Below, one piece after another: positions 61,051 to 64,000 of a DNA stretch of 64,000 bases (position 1 is its first letter; every line of letters begins with the position of its first letter). The stretch is taken from the NCBI GenBank assembly GCA_965222605.1, contig OZ244960.1:1152001-1216000 (forward strand), in the 5' to 3' direction. The DNA is from Candidatus Latescibacterota bacterium. GTDB lineage: Bacteria; Latescibacterota; UBA2968. The translations under genes and the position numbers were made by a program. Under the pieces are notes generated by a model, which saw only the letters and a list, made by a program, of their open reading frames with translations, was not told the DNA's origin and made no database searches.

Positions 61051-62583
61051 CTATGCTTGGGGGACCAGAACGGCTCCATCGGCTGTTGTGGCCTGAAAAG
61101 CAAACGCCCAGCCGCCATGATTGGAGCCCTGGTCGTTACTGAGCTTGAGCACGATGGAATTGGCACCTGCCTGAAGCGTCACCGGAATGCTCTGGGCTCG
61201 AAAAGCGGAGTGGTGCCCCAGATCGAAAACCTCATCGTTTACGCGCAGAATCAAGGCGTCATCCCAGGCCACACGCAGGTTTGCCGTCATATCCGCAGGT
61301 GCAGATAAGACGCAGCGGGCAAGCGCTGCGCCCACATCGGTATTGCCCACACCCGGGCCCCAGGGCCGAAACACGTGGTTAAAATCGACAAATCCGTGGT
61401 GGGCGGCGCGTTTGACCCAACGCGCTACGTCCCGTCCCCGTTGTCGTGAGCCAGCGGTCAACCAGGCCGACTCTTCACCGTGCAAACCATCAAACGTCGC
61501 TTCTGGCTGAAAGGCCGTCTCCGGGGGCAAGGTCGTTTCCAGCGCTTGACCGTTGTGATTGGCGAAAGGGCCGCATAGCCACCATTCGCCGCTGGTCGGC
61601 AGCGGCAGATCATGGGTGCCGCGCGGCAGTTCGACACCGGGCAGCAGCTGCGACCAATCAGGCACGGCGAAGAACGGTCGCACGGCGTCCTGCTGGTACC
61701 AATAGACGGTAGAGCAGATATCGTTGGCCATACAGCCGAAGCGCATGTGAATCGATTGCTGGAAGGGAAGTGAGTCCTTTTCGAAGAAGCGGTAGCCCAC
61801 CAACCGTTGCGCCGGCCGCGCCTGCCCCACATCGTCATGCACATAGTAAGGCATTGCGGCGTAGTGATGGGTTTCGGGCGGATGCAGGGCACCCCCGTAG
61901 CCGGCGCCAAAGGTATCCTCGCCCCCAATGCCGCGCAAAAAGGCCGGGTGTTCGCCCTCTCCATCGATGTAGATATTTTCAGCCCCGCCGTGGCTCCAGC
62001 GATCGACATCATCGAGCAAACGCACGCCGTACACAAAGCCCAACAACTCTCCCGGCCCGTCGGCATCCAGCATCAGGAAATCTTCACCGTAGCGCTGGGT
62101 CGGCATTTCTCGCCGCCAGCGGGCGCAAAAACGTCGCTGTTCGCTCAGAGTCTGATTGGGGTAGCGGTGCCAATCCACCTGCAAGTAGGCGCGGTTCTCT
62201 TCAGGTCCGGCTTCAAACTCAATCCGTGCGGATCGGGCGAAGGGCATCTGGAAGTAGCAGTTGTAGCCAATCCAGGCCTTGACCGCCAGGAAGTGGGTGT
62301 CTATCGGATACCAGCCCTGGCCATGCATGACCCCAAAAAAGTCACCGACGGGCGCCTCAACATAGGGGATCGGCTCATCATCAAAATAGATGCGGATAAG
62401 CGCTTTGCGGCTGGTCATAGGTATGCGCTCTGGCCGCGACAGTACGACCCAAAGGTGCTGAATACAGCCTGGCCCATCGAGTTCGGCATAGACGGCTTTT
62501 TGGTTGGCCAGCAAAGGTCCGGTCATACTGACGCGGTCGGGGATACCAACTTCAGGGAGTTGTAAATCCATAGCAGACTCCAT
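61051..62583 (-). CDS. DUF2961 (GH172-like) glycoside hydrolase domain protein
   Basis: GPGCIQHLW, RIYFDDE, APVGDFFG, NCYFQMPF and GGEDTF motifs. Confidence 0.82.
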   Translation of the reverse strand: MESAMDLQLPEVGIPDRVSMTGPLLANQKAVYAELDGPGCIQHLWVVLSRPERIPMTSRKALIRIYFDDEPIPYVEAPVGDFFGVMHGQGWYPIDTHFLAVKAWIGYNCYFQMPFARSARIEFEAGPEENRAYLQVDWHRYPNQTLSEQRRFCARWRREMPTQRYGEDFLMLDADGPGELLGFVYGVRLLDDVDRWSHGGAENIYIDGEGEHPAFLRGIGGEDTFGAGYGGALHPPETHHYAAMPYYVHDDVGQARPAQRLVGYRFFEKDSLPFQQSIHMRFGCMANDICSTVYWYQQDAVRPFFAVPDWSQLLPGVELPRGTHDLPLPTSGEWWLCGPFANHNGQALETTLPPETAFQPEATFDGLHGEESAWLTAGSRQRGRDVARWVKRAAHHGFVDFNHVFRPWGPGVGNTDVGAALARCVLSAPADMTANLRVAWDDALILRVNDEVFDLGHHSAFRAQSIPVTLQAGANSIVLKLSNDQGSNHGGWAFAFQATTADGAVLVPQA

Positions 62584-62599
62584 TCTTGTTTATGCCCTT

Positions 62600-64000
62600 T
62601 TACTCGCTTCGCACCCATGCCTCGCCTGAAGATAGATCTCGTCCAAGCGTCCACGTTTTTTCAAATGCCTCAACAGTCAATTCAACGCGGTCATCCCCAG
62701 CGCGAAATACCTCGGACAATTCGGTTGCAACACCGGGAACATCTGTCCCGCGATAGGGCACCACCACAGTCAAAAATGCCATGGGCGCCTGCTCGTTCAG
62801 CGCGAAACGAAATGCCTTGCGCAGCATGCGAGAACCATAAGTCCATGCAAACCAGCCCTCTTCTTCTGCCATAGATACCGCGCAATTTGCCAGCACCAGC
62901 ACATTTGCATCGTCAAATTGCGTAAAAGCACGCCTTCCCGCCTCGTCAAATATCACATCGCCCGGCGCAAATTGGAAATGCAAATCCAGTTGACCGGGAA
63001 CATTGCCAATCGCTTCGTCCAAAAACGCGAAAAACTGCCGATTGACAAACCACACCGAACGGCGATGAATCAATCCCGGATACGATCCATTTTCCACGAC
63101 CAGCACATCGCTATCAGCCCCTTCCGACACCCACAATAAATGCCGCCCATCATCGGACGTATCACCGCCGTCCAATGTCAAAGTCTGATGCACCGTCGTT
63201 TGTCGGTGCCAGGCGCGGCCTTCTGCATCGTGACCATAAGTATAAAAACCCGTATCAGACATCAACCAGCGCCCGTAAGCGTACAATTCAAACGTCCCAT
63301 TATCCGGTTGATCGTGGCTCGAAATAGCGGGCGGCGAACAATGCAGCGCCATGTGAATCTGATCGGGTCCCCAATCGTCGCGCATCACATACAAACCCGC
63401 CTCTTGAAATGCACAACTCTTGTGATCGGGCAACAATTTCCTATCCAAAGTCGCCCGCGCAGCGTATTTGGGATCTCCCAGCAATGCTGTAGCCTCGATA
63501 AGTGAGTCATAAAGTCCCCACTTTGAACGATCATCCGTCTCCTTCAATGAACGCGACCCATCGCCAAACATCGGCGCACCCAAATCGGGTGACGCAATCC
63601 AAAAAATATAGTCGTACATCAACCGCACGCGCTCTCGAAACGCCTCTGGAATTTCAATGCCAAAAGTATCCATGCGGCCAAAAATTTCCACAGCATCCCG
63701 CAACACCCCTTGATGATATCCAAAAGACCACTCTCGCTGAACGCCATCTGTTGTTGTCTGCGCCAGAAAATTTTCTTCAACGCGTTCCAATGCCAATTCC
63801 ATCCATTCATGCGATTCTGCAAACTCGCGGAATGTATAGGAAATATTGATAAATCCCCGCTGTTCAAACACCGCCTTGTTGTGAATCAGGCCCATTGGAA
63901 TCAGCTTTGTCTTAACCTGATGGTCGTAAAGACTTGCCAGCAACAGACCGAGAAACTCGGGCGTAAATGCCTCGGCATGAACCAAACTGCGAAATGCCGA
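62600..64000 (-). CDS. heparinase II/III family polysaccharide lyase (5' part outside window)
   Basis: DGVQREWSFGYH, PMFGD, HDQPDNGTF and HQTLTLDG motifs. Confidence 0.82.
   Translation of the reverse strand, partial: SAFRSLVHAEAFTPEFLGLLLASLYDHQVKTKLIPMGLIHNKAVFEQRGFINISYTFREFAESHEWMELALERVEENFLAQTTTDGVQREWSFGYHQGVLRDAVEIFGRMDTFGIEIPEAFRERVRLMYDYIFWIASPDLGAPMFGDGSRSLKETDDRSKWGLYDSLIEATALLGDPKYAARATLDRKLLPDHKSCAFQEAGLYVMRDDWGPDQIHMALHCSPPAISSHDQPDNGTFELYAYGRWLMSDTGFYTYGHDAEGRAWHRQTTVHQTLTLDGGDTSDDGRHLLWVSEGADSDVLVVENGSYPGLIHRRSVWFVNRQFFAFLDEAIGNVPGQLDLHFQFAPGDVIFDEAGRRAFTQFDDANVLVLANCAVSMAEEEGWFAWTYGSRMLRKAFRFALNEQAPMAFLTVVVPYRGTDVPGVATELSEVFRAGDDRVELTVEAFEKTWTLGRDLSSGEAWVRSE

Overview
A 64-kb bacterial chromosome segment. 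The PorV-like protein, the sulfatases and the sugar/heparinase genes suggest an FCB-group organism such as Latescibacterota or Gemmatimonadota (inference only). It carries cdsA-dxr-rseP, a reduced dcw cluster (mraZ rsmH ftsL ftsI murE murF ftsW murC murB ftsQ ftsA ftsZ; no mraY, murD, murG or ddl), tgt-yajC-fmt, kdgK-eda-ROK, polA and an E. coli-type frdABCD. Accessory blocks include two N4-C-type methyltransferase loci, two sulfatases, two PhyH dioxygenases, a DMFase-like protein, and DUF2961 and heparinase genes. No rRNA, tRNA, CRISPR array, transposase or integrase was seen. The most unusual signals: (1) five dispersed 7-nt-periodic, mostly palindromic elements that each contain a gene's stop codon, usually put stops in several reading frames, and in three cases end just before the next start codon; (2) two Trp-leader attenuators in tandem upstream of a TrpRS gene that lacks KMSKS through an in-frame deletion; (3) a GC-rich 2.8-kb insert flanked by diverged ~110-bp direct repeats that duplicate a promoter; (4) a probable ATT start codon for tgt; (5) truncated toxic partners (HepT, a restriction endonuclease) beside intact protective genes.
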